DNA from: Chrysomallon squamiferum
Taxonomy: Eukaryota > Animalia > Mollusca
Assembly (NCBI GenBank): GCA_012295275.1
Contig: CM022670.1
Coordinates: forward strand, 14,570,001-14,634,000
DNA length: 64,000 nt
Reading direction: 5' to 3'
The position numbers and the translations under genes were made by a program. Under the pieces are notes generated by a model that searched no databases, was not told the origin of the DNA, and saw only the letters and a list, made by a program, of their open reading frames with translations. Below, in pieces: positions 48,873 to 64,000 of the stretch; within the stretch, counting starts at the first letter, position 1; the number at the start of each line of letters is the position of its first letter.

Positions 48873-49062
48873 ACGATCTCGACCCTGAAGCAAATGCATT
48901 TAAAACATACAGGCATGCACATACATACGTCCATACATACGTATACGCATACAAATATACTTGAAAAACGATCTCGACCCTGAAGCAAATGCATTTAAAA
49001 CATACAGGCATGCACATACATACGTCCATACATACGTATACGCATACAAATATACTTGAAAA
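48873..49062 (+). repeat. Perfect 2 x 95-bp tandem duplication between the convergent 3' ends of D and E
   Basis: acgatctcgaccctgaagcaaatgc...aaatatacttgaaaa starts at 48873 and again at 48968. Confidence 0.9.
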
Positions 49063-50040
49063 ACAACAACAACAACACAACTAAAACACTTTTTTACGAA
49101 AATCTCGTTTAATAATCTGTGAACAAATATTATTTTCTATGTAATAGACACATAATGAAAACAAGATAAACATCTGTAGCAAAGAGGAAACTTATTAAAC
49201 TGTATACATATAAATACGCTGAAATGTAGCAAAAATTAACAAAACAAAAAGAAAGAAAGAAAGAAAAACAAAGCGAAAAAAAGAAACAATGACTCATTCA
49301 GAAACTAAGCAAAAAGTTCAATAAATGAAATACATGTATACATCTATAAAACTGACAAAGAAAAAGTGTATTATGACAAATGACAACTTTGACATATACG
49401 TTGCTCTACTGAACAGATTAAAGCATCAATCATACACATCAGTACACCTAGCAGATAGTTAAAATATCGTACAAAAACTAACACCAATACACGAATTAGA
49501 TAGGTAAAAGGCATATATAAAACTTATTTACAAACAAAATATCAAATAAACTATTTAAAAATATCTTATACATCTTTCGTGCTGGATACGAATTAAACGT
49601 CTTTTGTTTTATATGAAGTATTTGTGAAGATCCAACAGTTTAGAGGCTTTATGTGTAAATTATAACTGGCAAAATAAAAAGAAAACACAAATCGAATATT
49701 TAACACATAACCATACGTTTTCGTAATTCACAATACAAGATTAGAAGTATCTATTGATTATTCAATCATAGTTACAGTATTGTCATATAAAAATATCAAA
49801 ATTTTGAACATTATATAAAACTGTTTATTAAAAGGTGCGATTAGAACCATTACTGACACATTGCTTGAAATCATCTTATGTAACCAAAATCAACAAATAG
49901 TTTCCGTATATAATCATAACCATCGCAAATTACAGAGGCAGAATCAAAACAAAAAAATAATTCAAAATCAAGAACTAATATTAGTGAGTTTATTATGTGA
50001 ACTGTTTTATGTTAATTATGTACACATGTGTAGACAAACT

Positions 50041-63509
<13,469 letters not shown>

Positions 63510-64000
63510 GTTGTAAAAATTTAGTCACTGTCAACTAACAAGTCTTTGTCTCTGCAAACCGGAATTAATTTAGAACGGTTCAATGCAGTACTATTATTGT
63601 CGCTGAAACACACGTGCTGTATCACGTGATTAACTAAATACACTGTGGGTTTGACTTGTTTAAGAGGCAAAGTATTGTTCACTGTTAACTCGTTGAGTCG
63701 AGGCTTGGTTGCAGGATGAACCATCCTCTGAGTGTGTGCATACCTGCTGCGAATAATTTATTTATTGATTTATTGATGACTGGATATATAATATAAGCAT
63801 ACATCCATATGTATTTTATGTGATTATTTATTTATTTTGCATATGTAAAACCATCTTGCAAAAGAGAAATGTGATTAACCTTTTACACAAAAGTCTGTTC
63901 ACATATTTTACGTCTGTTAACATTATATTCATTCTAAATTATAATTTTTTGAAAAAAAATGTTCTGTTGTCGTAATTATTCATCCTCATCCTCATGTTAT

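Overview
AT-rich, microsatellite-dense, intron-rich animal DNA. The exon and repeat style suggests a mollusc, possibly a cephalopod; this is an inference. The supplied ORF track is mostly microsatellite noise, so I reconstructed the genes by hand from GT-AG exons. The window holds a tandem cluster of five related type-I membrane receptors sharing one ectodomain plan: signal peptide, F-type (fucolectin) lectin domain, MEGF10/CED-1-type 8-Cys EGF modules, TM. Genes A (5'-truncated, <1-3277), B (5913-14358) and C (19281-26297), all on +, end in a short ~97-aa tail with YxN and an ITAM-like YDKL-x10-YDKI motif. Genes D (31370-47737, +) and E (50041-63509, -) are convergent and end instead in tandem PTP domains (D1 intact in D, D2 dead). 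The upstream region, signal exon, lectin exons, EGF1-3 and introns of phosphatase gene D are near-identical to those of ITAM-type genes B and C, and much closer to them than to its own phosphatase paralog E. The locus therefore looks like an invertebrate paired-receptor system: one lectin head coupled to either a tyrosine-based activation tail or a built-in phosphatase. Supporting signs are hypervariable sugar-binding loops, patchwork sequence exchange, EGF-exon gain and loss, and single-base frameshifts in C and E.
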